A stretch of 64,000 nucleotides of DNA, from NCBI GenBank assembly GCA_965661115.1, contig CBFICO010000004.1, positions 1,058 through 65,057 of the forward strand. The letters run 5' to 3'. The notes under the pieces were generated by a model. That model saw nothing but the letters and a program-made list of their open reading frames with translations, did not search any database and was not told where the DNA came from. Shown here piece by piece: positions 28,770-38,811 of the stretch. This DNA is from Salibacteraceae bacterium (lineage in GTDB: Bacteria; Bacteroidota; Bacteroidia; Flavobacteriales_G; Salibacteraceae). Made by a program: the position numbers and the translations under genes. Numbering within the stretch: the stretch's first letter is position 1; the number at the start of each line of letters is the position of its first letter.

Positions 28770-29144
28770 TTGAACGCTACAAAATCGGATAGTTTAGATT
28801 TAAATGGTTACAAAAACCGAAAAGACATAATTGAAAAAGTAGTGTCTCAAATCAACAAAGATTTAAACTTGGATATCGCCATAGAATTTACAGACTCGAA
28901 AACCTCTTACTACGAAGAGTTACTTGCTGAAATCAAACCTAAACTAAGTCGGATAATCTACGAAGGAAGAGGGCAATTGGAACAAATACTTTACAAGATA
29001 GATGTGCCCGAAAGGAAAGTTAAAAATGCACTCGATTCTTCAGTTGAAACCGACCCAGCAGTTATTTTTTCTCAATTAATTCTTGAGCGAGAATTGCAAA
29101 AAGTGGTCTTCAGAATTTTGTACAGCAAGGGGCTCCAGTCATGA
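28770..29144 (+). CDS. small hypothetical protein coupled to the downstream histidine kinase
   Basis: The ORF is open from 28668, but its 5' part is antisense to the epimerase gene. A TTG at 28770 is the first plausible start outside that gene. The stop overlaps the kinase ATG (ATGA). Confidence 0.35.
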   Translation: MNATKSDSLDLNGYKNRKDIIEKVVSQINKDLNLDIAIEFTDSKTSYYEELLAEIKPKLSRIIYEGRGQLEQILYKIDVPERKVKNALDSSVETDPAVIFSQLILERELQKVVFRILYSKGLQS

Positions 29145-31912
29145 GGATAATAATTCTGCTAGCGTTTTTATTGTTTGCTGGATATAGCAAAGGTCAAGAG
29201 TTTTTTCTGAAGCACTACACTACTGAGGAAGGTCTACCGAGCAATCAAATTTATGACGTTTTACAGGATTCCCAAGGCTATATCTGGATAGCAACAGACG
29301 CAGGTGTATCTCGATTTGATGGGTATAAAATAGAATCGTTTTCCAAACAAGATGGGCTTTCTGATAACTCGATTGTTCAAATTCGATTAGCTGATGATGG
29401 TACAGTTTGGTTTATGGGGTTCAACAAAACATTTACGCTTTATAAAGACTCATTTTCTCTTTATCCTTTCAACCATCTGATTGAGGAAAAACTCCAAAAG
29501 CAGCTCATTTCTTCTTTTTATCCAAGCATTGATTCTGATACACTATTTCTAGGGTTAAACACCACCTGTGACGATGAGTTCTCAGGAGTTCAAATATCAA
29601 ATGGAAACGTACTTTCAATCCGGTCAAAAAACGAAACCTGGATTGATTTTAAAAAAGAGATTTTTCACCTAACAAACTGCCCTAAGTCTTCACCGCGTGC
29701 TATTCAGCGAATTGACCAATTGAACAATTTTTCGGCATACACTACTGCTAAGAGCTTGGTTATCAGAAAAGAACAATCAGAGTTCGAGGTTAATCTCACC
29801 AAAAGAAGTAGCAAAGCATTATTGATAGATAATGACCAAAACATTTGGGTTGGAAGTTACCAAGGGCTTTTTCTTTACCCCAAAAACGTGTACCAAGAGC
29901 CTAAAACAACACCTTGGACCGTAGAGAGTAAACAGGCAATTTCATCTATTACTCAAAGTAATGACGGAAGTATTTGGTTTGGTACATTTTCAAACGGATT
30001 GTATCAAATTCCTAGTACTGCTTTGCACTTTTACACCAACCTAGATGTATCCGAAAACAATGATTTTTTAGGCGTTTCTGTAATAGGAAATCAACTCGCA
30101 ACCTTTAACCGAAACAACCACATTATTACCTTAAAAGAACAAAACAATAAACTTGTAAATGCTGCTGATATCGCGCTAAACGATAACATTACCCAGCTCT
30201 ACAATGCAAACGGAAAACTATTGGCATTAACAGAAAACCAATTTGATAACAACGGTTCAATTTCGCCATTTAAGGGTTTGTGCGTTACAACAAGTTCCGA
30301 AAAAAACACCTTTTGGGTAGGTGGGCTATATTCATTTAGTAAGTATAAGAATGGCTCCGAGGTTTTTAATTCTATTCAGATAGATTTTCAAGAGCGCGTC
30401 AACTGCATTGTTGAAGTAACTACAGATAATTTATGGCTCGGCACCCTAGACGGATTGTATCATTTTGTTGATGGTAATATCACGCGAATGCCTGGCACCG
30501 AAGCCAAGTCAATTAACGCTATTAGTTTAAAAAACTCCAAAATTTATATAGGAACTCAAGGTAGTGGTGTCGGTATAATTGATGGTTCAGAAAACAACCA
30601 AATTACTTGGATAACCGAAACTGAAGGGCTCAGCAGCAACTTTACTAATTGCTTTTTACAACTGAACGGAAACCTAATTATTGGCGGTAAATCGGGGTTA
30701 AATGTGCTTCGTAAAAACGGTTCCATTATTCCTTTTAATCGATTTCATGGACTGGGATTTGAGCATATCAACGATATCCAATTATTTAAAAAATGGATAA
30801 CTGTAGCTACTACAAAAGGCTTGGTTTTAATTGACTCTTCCTTTGTAAACAGCTCTATTCCAGAAATAAAAGTAGAAATCAGTTTTAATGGAAGAAAAGC
30901 TTTGAATAATGGTAATTTCACCTTTGATTACAATCAGCAAAACCTCAATATTGAGTTTAAAGCATTTGACTTTTTTCAGCAAGACCAGCTTATGTTTCAC
31001 TACAAATTAAACAGTGACACGGCTTGGCAAAAAACTAACAAAAGAACTATTCGATACGAGAGTCTTCCTCCGGGTGATTACACATTTGAAGTAATGGCTC
31101 AAAACAGAAATGGTGTGCTTTCTAAAGAAAGCTCCACGCTCTCATTTTCCATAAAACCTCCTTATTACCAAACAACGTGGTTTTATGTATTGGTTGCCAT
31201 AATTGCACTATTAGTTTTCTATCTGATTTTAAACTGGCAACTTAACATCTCCAAAAAACGCTTGACCATAGAAAATGAACTGTCAGCTCTAAAAATTAAG
31301 GCCCTAAGCGCTCAAATGAACCCGCATTTTATTTTTAACAGCCTAAACTCAATTCAAAACTTTCTGATCGATAGCGACCTTAGAAAATCCAATAAATACC
31401 TAACCAAATTTGCCAAATTAATGCGCTTAGTACTCAATAATTCGGATAAAACCTTTGTTCCAATTAAAGATGTTTTATCGAGCTTAGAGCTGTATATGGA
31501 GTTAGAAAAACTTCGATTCAATGACAAATTTGAATACAAATTCAACATCGACCCTAAGATTGAAATAGAAACTACGCATATACCTTCTATGCTGATTCAG
31601 CCTTTTATTGAAAACAGCATTTTACACGGAATTCTTCCAAAACAAGAAAAAGGAAAAATAGAAGTATCTATTAAATACATTTCCGATTCTTCTTTGCTGT
31701 GCACTATTGAGGACGATGGTGTTGGCAGAGAGTTTCATAAAGATAAAATCGGTAAAAAACACAAATCACAGGGGCTAAGAATTACCAAAGAACGACTAGA
31801 GGTATTCAAGCAGCTTTTTAAGGACGAATTCAAATTTTCTTTCCACGACCTCAAAGACGAATTTGACAAACCGAAAGGAACCAAAGTTCAATTAAGCGTG
31901 CCAAGTCGATAG
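29141..31912 (+). CDS. LytS/YehU-type sensor histidine kinase with periplasmic beta-propeller and Y_Y_Y region
   Basis: Two-component-regulator propeller repeats (GYIWIATDAGVSRFDG, IWVGSYQGLFLY, LWLGTLDGLYHF). TM WFYVLVAIIALLVFYLIL. His_kinase motif LSAQMNPHFIFNSLNSI plus an ATPase region. Confidence 0.88.
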   Translation: MRIIILLAFLLFAGYSKGQEFFLKHYTTEEGLPSNQIYDVLQDSQGYIWIATDAGVSRFDGYKIESFSKQDGLSDNSIVQIRLADDGTVWFMGFNKTFTLYKDSFSLYPFNHLIEEKLQKQLISSFYPSIDSDTLFLGLNTTCDDEFSGVQISNGNVLSIRSKNETWIDFKKEIFHLTNCPKSSPRAIQRIDQLNNFSAYTTAKSLVIRKEQSEFEVNLTKRSSKALLIDNDQNIWVGSYQGLFLYPKNVYQEPKTTPWTVESKQAISSITQSNDGSIWFGTFSNGLYQIPSTALHFYTNLDVSENNDFLGVSVIGNQLATFNRNNHIITLKEQNNKLVNAADIALNDNITQLYNANGKLLALTENQFDNNGSISPFKGLCVTTSSEKNTFWVGGLYSFSKYKNGSEVFNSIQIDFQERVNCIVEVTTDNLWLGTLDGLYHFVDGNITRMPGTEAKSINAISLKNSKIYIGTQGSGVGIIDGSENNQITWITETEGLSSNFTNCFLQLNGNLIIGGKSGLNVLRKNGSIIPFNRFHGLGFEHINDIQLFKKWITVATTKGLVLIDSSFVNSSIPEIKVEISFNGRKALNNGNFTFDYNQQNLNIEFKAFDFFQQDQLMFHYKLNSDTAWQKTNKRTIRYESLPPGDYTFEVMAQNRNGVLSKESSTLSFSIKPPYYQTTWFYVLVAIIALLVFYLILNWQLNISKKRLTIENELSALKIKALSAQMNPHFIFNSLNSIQNFLIDSDLRKSNKYLTKFAKLMRLVLNNSDKTFVPIKDVLSSLELYMELEKLRFNDKFEYKFNIDPKIEIETTHIPSMLIQPFIENSILHGILPKQEKGKIEVSIKYISDSSLLCTIEDDGVGREFHKDKIGKKHKSQGLRITKERLEVFKQLFKDEFKFSFHDLKDEFDKPKGTKVQLSVPSR

Positions 31913-31970
31913 CAAATAACCCCGCCCTGCAGCATTATTACATAAATTTGGGAAAGCATAAAATCAGGGT

Positions 31971-32729
31971 ATGAGCAGTTCTCAAATTACATGTGTATTA
32001 GTTGACGATGAAGAAAACGCCACTAAAGTCCTTTCAAAGTTTATCGAATCGTATTGTCCAGATGTAAATTTAGTTGGCATTGCAAACAGCATGAATGATG
32101 GAATTGCTACCATTGAAAAACACAACCCTCAATTGGTATTTTTAGACATTGAAATGCCATTGGGAACCGGTTTCGATTTACTCGAAAAACTTGGTGATAG
32201 AAAGTTTCATGTAGTGTTTGTAACAGCATACGATCATTACGCAATCCAAGCAATAAAAAACCAAGCGGTAGATTACATTTTAAAACCCGTTGATATTGAC
32301 GATTTAGTTGCGGCTGTAGAAAAAGTAAAAAAGAAAATCAAGGAGCCTTCGTCTGTAAAAGAAGTGCTGAAAAGAGTACGAGTAGAGGAAAACGCAAAAT
32401 TGGCTGTTCCTACTTTATACGGACATAAATTCATTAACCCTAAAAACATTATTCATATAAAAGCGGAAGGTTCGTACTCTATTATTTTCACCGAAAATGA
32501 AGGGCAAATTATGATTTCTAAAAACCTAAAGAGTATTGAAAATGCTTTGAAGCAAGACAATTTCTTACGGGTTCATCGCTCTCACATTGTAAACCTGGAT
32601 AAGGTTACTGAGTTCCATAAAAACGATGGTGGTTATTTGGTTTTAGAGTCTGAAGAAAGAGTTGAAATTGGCTCTTCGAACCGAGCTCAAATAGTTGAGA
32701 CTTTAAACTCAAGGTTAAATTTTATTTAA
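31971..32729 (+). CDS. LytTR-family response regulator
   Basis: Receiver region VLVDDE...VFLDIEMP, and LytTR region FLRVHRSHIVNLDKV. Confidence 0.9.
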   Translation: MSSSQITCVLVDDEENATKVLSKFIESYCPDVNLVGIANSMNDGIATIEKHNPQLVFLDIEMPLGTGFDLLEKLGDRKFHVVFVTAYDHYAIQAIKNQAVDYILKPVDIDDLVAAVEKVKKKIKEPSSVKEVLKRVRVEENAKLAVPTLYGHKFINPKNIIHIKAEGSYSIIFTENEGQIMISKNLKSIENALKQDNFLRVHRSHIVNLDKVTEFHKNDGGYLVLESEERVEIGSSNRAQIVETLNSRLNFI

Positions 32730-33175
32730 GCCCTTCTTGCCTTAAAAAAACGCTGCAACAAATCTGCAGCTTCTTGTGCTTTTACTCCAGAAATTACTTG
32801 CGTTTTCTTATGTAATAACTGATCTTCAATAATGGAGAATCCTTTTTTTGTGTCGCTAGCCCCATAAACCACTTTATCAATTTGAGCCCAAGACAACGCA
32901 CCTGCACACATAACGCATGGTTCAAGAGTCACATACAGCGTACAACCTTTTAAATACTTACCTCCAACATAATCTGCTGCTGCCGTAATAGCCTGCATTT
33001 CTGCATGGGCTGTAACATCATTTAAGCGCTGAGTTAAATTGTGCGCTCGGGCGATGATTCTACCTTGAGCAACCACCACCGCCCCTACTGGTACCTCCCC
33101 CATTTCGGCGGCTTTTTCAGCTTCGGCTAAAGCCATATCCATAAAGCGTTCGTGCTGTTTGTTTAAATCCTCCAT
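32726..33175 (-). CDS. tadA: tRNA adenosine(34) deaminase
   Basis: HAEMQAI and PCVMCAGA zinc motifs. Start moved to the MEDLNKQHERFM ATG. Confidence 0.9.
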   Translation of the reverse strand: MEDLNKQHERFMDMALAEAEKAAEMGEVPVGAVVVAQGRIIARAHNLTQRLNDVTAHAEMQAITAAADYVGGKYLKGCTLYVTLEPCVMCAGALSWAQIDKVVYGASDTKKGFSIIEDQLLHKKTQVISGVKAQEAADLLQRFFKARRA

Positions 33176-33268
33176 AAAGTCGCTCAAATATAAGGTCAAG
33201 CGCAATAAATAAGGGAAGAAAGCGTAATTTCGCACTCTCAAAAAACAAGGTAAATATTCTTGGATATT

Positions 33269-33322
33269 TCGTCATATCGTCACTCCCGTGAAAACGGGAA
33301 TCTCTAAGTCTTTTAGATTCCC
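33269..33322. repeat. degenerate half-copy of the hairpin element
   Basis: GTCACTCCCGtgaaaaCGGGAATCTCTAAGTCTTTTAGATTCCC aligns with GTCATTCCTGtgaaaaCAGGAATCTAAGTACTATTCTAGATTCC (reverse complement of copy A) and shows a compensatory stem change. Confidence 0.55.
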
Positions 33323-33415
33323 AAACATTCTGATAAATGTCGGTAAGAATTAAGAATTTCGTGATGAGAATATGAACTAAATTATTGAATAGCACTGTAA
33401 AAAAACACGCATATA

Positions 33416-35161
33416 ATGTATAGATCACACACCTGTGGACAACTAAGAATAGAAGACGTAAACACCACTGTAAAACTTGCCGGGTGGGTTCAAAAATCAA
33501 GAGATTTAGGTGGACTTACATTTATTGATTTACGCGATCGTTACGGCATTACACAGGTTGTTTTAAACATGGACACCAACGAGGAACTGTGCGAAAAAGC
33601 GCGTTCAGTGGGCCGAGAGTTTGTTATTCAAATAGAAGGAACCGTAGTTGAGCGTGAAAGTAAAAACAAAAAAATTCCAACCGGAGAAATTGAAATAGAC
33701 TGCTCTTCACTCACTATTTTAAATGAAGCTTTAACCCCTCCGTTTACCATCGAAAATGAAACTGACGGTGGTGAGGATATTCGAATGAAGTACCGTTACT
33801 TGGATCTCAGAAGAAATCCACTTCAAGAAAAAATTAGATTGAGACACCAAGTAGGAATCCAAACCAGAAGTTACTTAAACGATATTGGTTTCTACGAAAT
33901 TGAAACTCCGTATTTAATAAAATCGACCCCAGAAGGTGCGCGTGATTTTGTGGTGCCTTCGCGCATGAACGAAAACGAATTTTACGCTTTACCACAATCG
34001 CCTCAAACCTTTAAGCAGTTACTAATGATTAGTGGCTACGACAAGTATTTTCAGATTGTAAAGTGTTTTAGAGACGAAGATTTACGAGCAGATAGACAAC
34101 CAGAATTTACACAAATAGACTGCGAAATGAGTTTTGTTAAGCGCGACGATGTATTAAACACATTTGAAGGTTTAGTAAAGCACTTATTCTCGAAAATCAG
34201 AAATGTAGAGCTACCCGATTTTCCAAGAATGGACTACGATGTAGCCATGGAAAAATATGGGATTGACAAACCGGATGTTCGGTTTGAAATGCTCATCAAT
34301 AAACTAAACTCAGTTGCTCAAAACAAAGGGTTTAACGTATTTGATTCGGCGGAATACGTGGGTGGAATCTGTGCAAAAGGTTGTGCAACGTACTCCAGAA
34401 AACAATTGGATGCACTTATCGATTGGGTAAAAAGACCTCAAATTGGCGCCAAAGGTTTGGTGTATGTAAAATACAATGAAGACGGCAGTTTTAAATCTTC
34501 AGTAGATAAGTTCTTTGACCAAGAAGCACTTAAATCATGGGCAGAGGTAATGGGAGCAGAACCTGGCGATTTAATGTTGGTTTTAAGTGGTAATAAAGAC
34601 GCTACTTTAAAGCAATTGGGTGAGCTCAGGTTAGAAATGGGGACTCGTTTAGAGTTAAGAGATCCAAGTATTTTTAAGCCGTTGTGGGTAGTAAACTTCC
34701 CGTTGGTTGAGAAAGACGAAGAAACAGGACATTGGCATGCTATGCATCACCCGTTTACTTCACCAAATCCAGAAGATGAGCAATTAATGCAAACAGATCC
34801 TGGTGCTGTGCGTGCAAATGCTTATGATATGGTTATAAACGGGGTTGAAGTTGGTGGAGGCTCTATTAGAATTCACGACAAAGCTTTACAGCAAAAAATG
34901 TTCGACTTGCTTGGGTTTACTCCAGTAGAAGCGGCTGAGCAATTTGGATTTTTAATGAATGCCTTTGAGTATGGTGCACCTCCACATGGCGGTGTAGCAT
35001 TTGGTTTTGATAGACTTTGCGCTCTAATGGGTGGAACAGAATCGATAAGAGATTATATCGCTTTCCCTAAAAACAATTCTGGAAGAGATGTAATGATTGA
35101 TGCGCCGTCCAAGCTAGATAATGGGCAACTAGAAGAACTAAGAATTAAAACGGTTGAATAG
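33416..35161 (+). CDS. aspS: aspartate--tRNA ligase
   Basis: 581 aa with class II motifs ([37 protein letters not shown]). Confidence 0.96.
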   Translation: MYRSHTCGQLRIEDVNTTVKLAGWVQKSRDLGGLTFIDLRDRYGITQVVLNMDTNEELCEKARSVGREFVIQIEGTVVERESKNKKIPTGEIEIDCSSLTILNEALTPPFTIENETDGGEDIRMKYRYLDLRRNPLQEKIRLRHQVGIQTRSYLNDIGFYEIETPYLIKSTPEGARDFVVPSRMNENEFYALPQSPQTFKQLLMISGYDKYFQIVKCFRDEDLRADRQPEFTQIDCEMSFVKRDDVLNTFEGLVKHLFSKIRNVELPDFPRMDYDVAMEKYGIDKPDVRFEMLINKLNSVAQNKGFNVFDSAEYVGGICAKGCATYSRKQLDALIDWVKRPQIGAKGLVYVKYNEDGSFKSSVDKFFDQEALKSWAEVMGAEPGDLMLVLSGNKDATLKQLGELRLEMGTRLELRDPSIFKPLWVVNFPLVEKDEETGHWHAMHHPFTSPNPEDEQLMQTDPGAVRANAYDMVINGVEVGGGSIRIHDKALQQKMFDLLGFTPVEAAEQFGFLMNAFEYGAPPHGGVAFGFDRLCALMGGTESIRDYIAFPKNNSGRDVMIDAPSKLDNGQLEELRIKTVE

Positions 35162-35196
35162 CTTATTTCAGGTCGAATATCTTTTAAATTGGCTCT

Positions 35197-35409
35197 ATGA
35201 AGATTTTCGGGTCAATATTTTCTATCCTCTTAATTGCTCAACTAGCTTTAAGTAAAAACATTGATAGTCTTGAAAACGAGCTAAGCAGAAATATTCCCGA
35301 TTCTGTAGAGGTAAATATCTACTATTCGTTTAAAAATCGCCTGAATTCCGTTCGATCTTCTATACCAAAAGTGTCAATTATTTCTTCAAGTGAATCCATT
35401 AATTATTAG
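35197..35409 (+). other. 70-aa ORF, possibly a remnant N-terminus of a sensor protein
   Basis: Signal-peptide-like MKIFGSIFSILLIAQLALS, then NIDSLENELSRNIPDSVEVNIYY (reminiscent of TPR-sensor N-termini). It ends in a Ser-rich tail and is followed by AT-rich non-coding sequence. Confidence 0.3.
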
Positions 35410-35553
35410 TACTTAATTATTTACTATAGTCCTTTATATATTATGAAATATGCCTTAAAAGTACATAAATAAAAGTCCTTTTTATGTAAAAAATGGTTTC
35501 GTTAAGCGTTGATTCAAAGGTTCTTTTGGCCTGTAATTTAAAAATCACTAGTT

Positions 35554-36665
35554 ATGAACTCTTTTGTTCAGCATTATTGGGTTACCATTTTAGGAGCCAC
35601 TTTTTTTTCGGAGCTTTTTTCACTTTTTTCGATATGGCGGTTGCCAAAGGGTGGTTCCCACCCGCTGCAAGGGTAGCGCTCGGATTATTTGCTAAAGGCA
35701 CCTTTGGTTATATTGGGTATTACTTGCTGCAACGCGGCCAACAATTGCTTTCTGATATTGTTTCTGGTTTGGGCGCGGGTGTACTTTTTTTAAGTATTGG
35801 CTACGCTAGTTTTTCGGAGCATATCATGTGGTCGCAGAATATTCTCTTGCTTTCTATGATTGGATGCGGGTCTGTTTTGCTGCTTCTCGGATATAAACTT
35901 CAACGAAAAAATGCTTTGCTGTTAGGGACCATAGCAATTGCTGTTTTGTTGGTTTTACTAGGGTTTGTTTTTATAAAACAACTGCGCACTAAACAAAAAC
36001 ACGACTTAACCAAAGAGGTGTTAGTCGAAAGGGAAAAAGGAAGTGCCGCTATATTTAAGGGTATTGAAGAAGAAAGGAAAAGAATCGCGCAAGATTTACA
36101 CGACGGAATTGGGCAATAATTAAGCGCATTAAAACTATCCATGTCTCATCTGAAATCCAACATAGTAGAGCCCAATGGCCAAGCAGAATAAGATTTTTTA
36201 GTCTTGGTAAATAAATTAGACCAAACTTGCAGAGAAGTATGAGAGATATCTCACCAAATGCTGCCAAAAACACTATCCGAAAATGGCCTGCTTAGCGCCT
36301 TGGAAGATATGCTGGAAAATTCGTTGGTTGGTACGGGTATCAACTACAATCTAGAGCATTATCGTTTAAAAGAGCGGCTATTAGAAAATATTGAACTTAC
36401 GTTGTTTCGCATCTGTCAGGAGCTAATAAACAACACCATAAAACATGCAAAAGCATCAGAAATATCATTGCAATTAATCAGAAGCTCAAAAAACGTTGTA
36501 CTTATAGTTGAAGATAACGGAACTGATTTTGATAAAGTTGTTGCCAAAGATGGCATAGGGTTATCAAATTTGAGCAGTAGACTGAGTGCCATAAATGGTG
36601 AGGTAAGTTATGAGAGCAGCCCTAAGAGCGGTACCTCTGCAACAGTTAGAATTCCATTAGTATGA
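35554..36665 (+). pseudogene. HisKA_3/NarX-type sensor histidine kinase disrupted by three in-frame stops (and possibly a T8 frameshift)
   Basis: TM-rich N-terminus, H-box EEERKRIAQDLHDGIGQ, then TAA (36117-36119), TAA (36189-36191) and TGA (36240-36242), all in one frame. An intact HATPase_c follows (ELINNTIKHAKAS, VEDNGTDF, GIGLSNLSSR). A T8 tract at 35601-35608 separates the ATG at 35554 from this frame. An in-frame ATG also exists at 35634. Confidence 0.8.
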
Positions 36666-37315
36666 GTAACATAAAAATATTAATTGCTGATGATCACAAG
36701 ATTGTTCTTGATGGACTCACATCCATTTTAGGAGATATTGATGGTTTTGACGTTGTTGGTTCCGTTGAAAATGGTAAAGAAGCGGTTGATTTTGTTGCTA
36801 CCAAAGAAAAACCCGACGTACTATTAATGGATATCGACATGCCCGTTATGAATGGAATTAACGCAGCTCGAGAGATTAAGAAGAACTTTGAAGGCGTGCG
36901 TATTCTAACCCTTTCCATGCACAACGAAAAAGGAATGATTCAAACATTAATGGACGCTGGTGCTGATGGTTATATTTTAAAGAACAGCAGTAAAGAAGAG
37001 CTGGAAAAGGGAATTAGAACGGTGTATGCTGGGCAGACATTCTTTTCTACCAACGTAACCATGAGCTTATTAAATCAAAGTACAGAAATTACCAAACAAG
37101 CTGACCTGCCACAAGAGGTGCAAAAGCTTACTGAGAGAGAGCTAGAGATATTAAAGTTAGTTGCCGAAGGTTATTCCAATAAAGAAATTGGAGAGCGCCT
37201 TTTCATCTCTCACCGCACAGTAGATACACACCGAACCAACCTTATGAAAAAAATGGATGTTCACAATGTGGCCGGGCTTATTCGCATTGCTATTAAAAGT
37301 GGCTTGGTGGAATAA
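36662..37315 (+). CDS. NarL/LuxR-family response regulator
   Basis: Receiver region ILIADDH...DVLLMDIDMP, and LuxR HTH LTERELEILKLVAEGYSNKEIGERLFISHRTVDTHR. ATGA overlap with the kinase 3' end. Confidence 0.92.
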   Translation: MSNIKILIADDHKIVLDGLTSILGDIDGFDVVGSVENGKEAVDFVATKEKPDVLLMDIDMPVMNGINAAREIKKNFEGVRILTLSMHNEKGMIQTLMDAGADGYILKNSSKEELEKGIRTVYAGQTFFSTNVTMSLLNQSTEITKQADLPQEVQKLTERELEILKLVAEGYSNKEIGERLFISHRTVDTHRTNLMKKMDVHNVAGLIRIAIKSGLVE

Positions 37316-37326
37316 CAAAAGGCAGT

Positions 37327-37460
37327 GTTGTAGAATAATGTTGGTTAAATAAATAACTATCAAAATATTCGCGTCATTCCTGCGAAAGCAGGAATCTACA
37401 ATTTACTATAGATTCCTTGTCAAGCAAGGAATGACGAATATTCCCACTTTATTCTACAAC
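37327..37460. mobile_element. 134-bp MITE-like palindromic element, copy D (opposite orientation to copy A)
   Basis: TIRs are GTTGTAGAATAA (37327-37338) and TTATTCTACAAC (37449-37460). The core is CGCGTCATTCCTGcgaaagCAGGAATCTA...TAGATTCCTTGtcaagCAAGGAATGACG. Same length as copy A. Confidence 0.75.
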
Positions 37461-37467
37461 AACCTGT

Positions 37468-37489
37468 AAAAAAAGCCCTTTCGGCCTTT
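37468..37489 (-). terminator. probable terminator of frr
   Basis: The minus strand reads AAAGGCC-GAAA-GGGCTTTTTTT. The stem is short and imperfect, with a GNRA loop and a T7 run. Confidence 0.4.
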
Positions 37490-37495
37490 CTAATC

Positions 37496-38059
37496 TTATA
37501 CTGTAAGTATGTCTTTTTCTTTTTCTTCGAGAAGGGTGTCTACCTTTTTAGAGTAGTTATCCGTTAAGCTTTGGACTTCGTCTTCAGCATCTTTGGCTAT
37601 ATCTTCAGGTAAGCCGTCGTTTTTAAGTTTCTTCACCTCATCGTTGGCATCTTTACGTGCATTTCGGATTGAAACTTTTGCGTGTTCTCCCTCTGACTTC
37701 GTCTGCTTAACCAATTCCTTTCTGCGTTCTTCAGTGAGAGCAGGTAAATTGATAATGATGAACTCACCATTATTGTGCGGAGTAAGTCCCATATTAGAGT
37801 TGATAATTGCTCTTTCGATAGGCTCTAACATAGGCTTTTCCCATGGCTGAACAGATATAGTTCTAGCATCAGGCGTATTAACGTTAGAAACTTGGTTTAG
37901 CGGAGTCATGTTTCCGTAGTAATCTACCAAAATGCCATCTAACATTTTAGGTGAAGCTTTACCGGCTCTAATTTTACTCAACTCTTTAATTAAGTGAGCT
38001 ATGGCATCTTCCATTGATTCCTTAGCCACGTCAAATACCATTTCTAATTCTTCTTCCAT
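37496..38059 (-). CDS. frr: ribosome recycling factor
   Basis: 187 aa; family-typical sequence (RAGKASPKMLDGILVDYYG, LNLPALTEERRKELVK). Confidence 0.95.
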   Translation of the reverse strand: MEEELEMVFDVAKESMEDAIAHLIKELSKIRAGKASPKMLDGILVDYYGNMTPLNQVSNVNTPDARTISVQPWEKPMLEPIERAIINSNMGLTPHNNGEFIIINLPALTEERRKELVKQTKSEGEHAKVSIRNARKDANDEVKKLKNDGLPEDIAKDAEDEVQSLTDNYSKKVDTLLEEKEKDILTV

Positions 38060-38072
38060 GCCTTTGTTACAA

Positions 38073-38780
38073 TTATCCTTCTACAATAGTTCCTATTTCC
38101 TCTCCTACCAGCACTTTACGCAAGTTACCTGGTTGATTCATATCAAATACTATGATGGGGAGCTTATTCTCGTGACAAAGCGTGAACGCAGTCATGTCCA
38201 TAACGCTTAACTCCTTATCCATCACTTCTTTAAAAGTAATGTTATCGAACTTTTGAGCGTTTGCATCTTTCTCTGGATCTGCGGTGTAAACTCCATCTAC
38301 TCGTGTTCCTTTTAGAATCACCTCTGCGTTAATTTCAACTGCTCTTAGCGCAGCTGCGGTATCGGTTGTAAAATAAGGGTTACCTGTGCCGGCACCAAAA
38401 ATTACCACCCTGCCCTTTTCAAGATGTCTTACTGCCCTTCTTTTAATAAATGGCTCCGCAATTTGCTCCATTTTTATTGCAGAAAGCAATCTTGTCTTAA
38501 CGCCTGCTCCTTCCAAAGCGCTTTGCAACGCCATAGAGTTTATAACCGTTGCAAGCATGCCCATATAATCGCCTTGAACTCTATCAATAGCACTATTTTC
38601 TTCTTGAACTCCACGGAAAATATTTCCGCCGCCAATTACGATGGCTACTTCAACTCCCGCTTCTTGAATTTCTTTAATATCTTGAGCGTATTTGTATAAT
38701 CTGCTATGATCAATTCCAAAATCTTTGGCACCCATAAGTGCCTCTCCGCTCAGTTTTAATAAAATCCGTTTGTACTTCAT
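38073..38780 (-). CDS. pyrH: UMP kinase
   Basis: [13 protein letters not shown] and [13 protein letters not shown] motifs; 235 aa. Confidence 0.95.
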   Translation of the reverse strand: MKYKRILLKLSGEALMGAKDFGIDHSRLYKYAQDIKEIQEAGVEVAIVIGGGNIFRGVQEENSAIDRVQGDYMGMLATVINSMALQSALEGAGVKTRLLSAIKMEQIAEPFIKRRAVRHLEKGRVVIFGAGTGNPYFTTDTAAALRAVEINAEVILKGTRVDGVYTADPEKDANAQKFDNITFKEVMDKELSVMDMTAFTLCHENKLPIIVFDMNQPGNLRKVLVGEEIGTIVEG

Positions 38781-38811
38781 TCTCTACATAATTGGATGCG
38801 AAAATTAGGAC

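Noticed and set aside
33117-33500. 127-aa minus-strand ORF spanning the tadA/aspS divergent region
   Set aside because: It overlaps the starts of both real genes and the degenerate hairpin repeat. It is an artefact of a stop-free AT-rich spacer.
36117-36242. Stop-codon reassignment or alternative genetic code as the explanation for the in-frame TAA/TAA/TGA (and TAG at 10265)
   Set aside because: TAA, TAG and TGA all terminate the conserved housekeeping genes in this window at the expected lengths. All three stop types being affected argues for mutations or errors rather than recoding.
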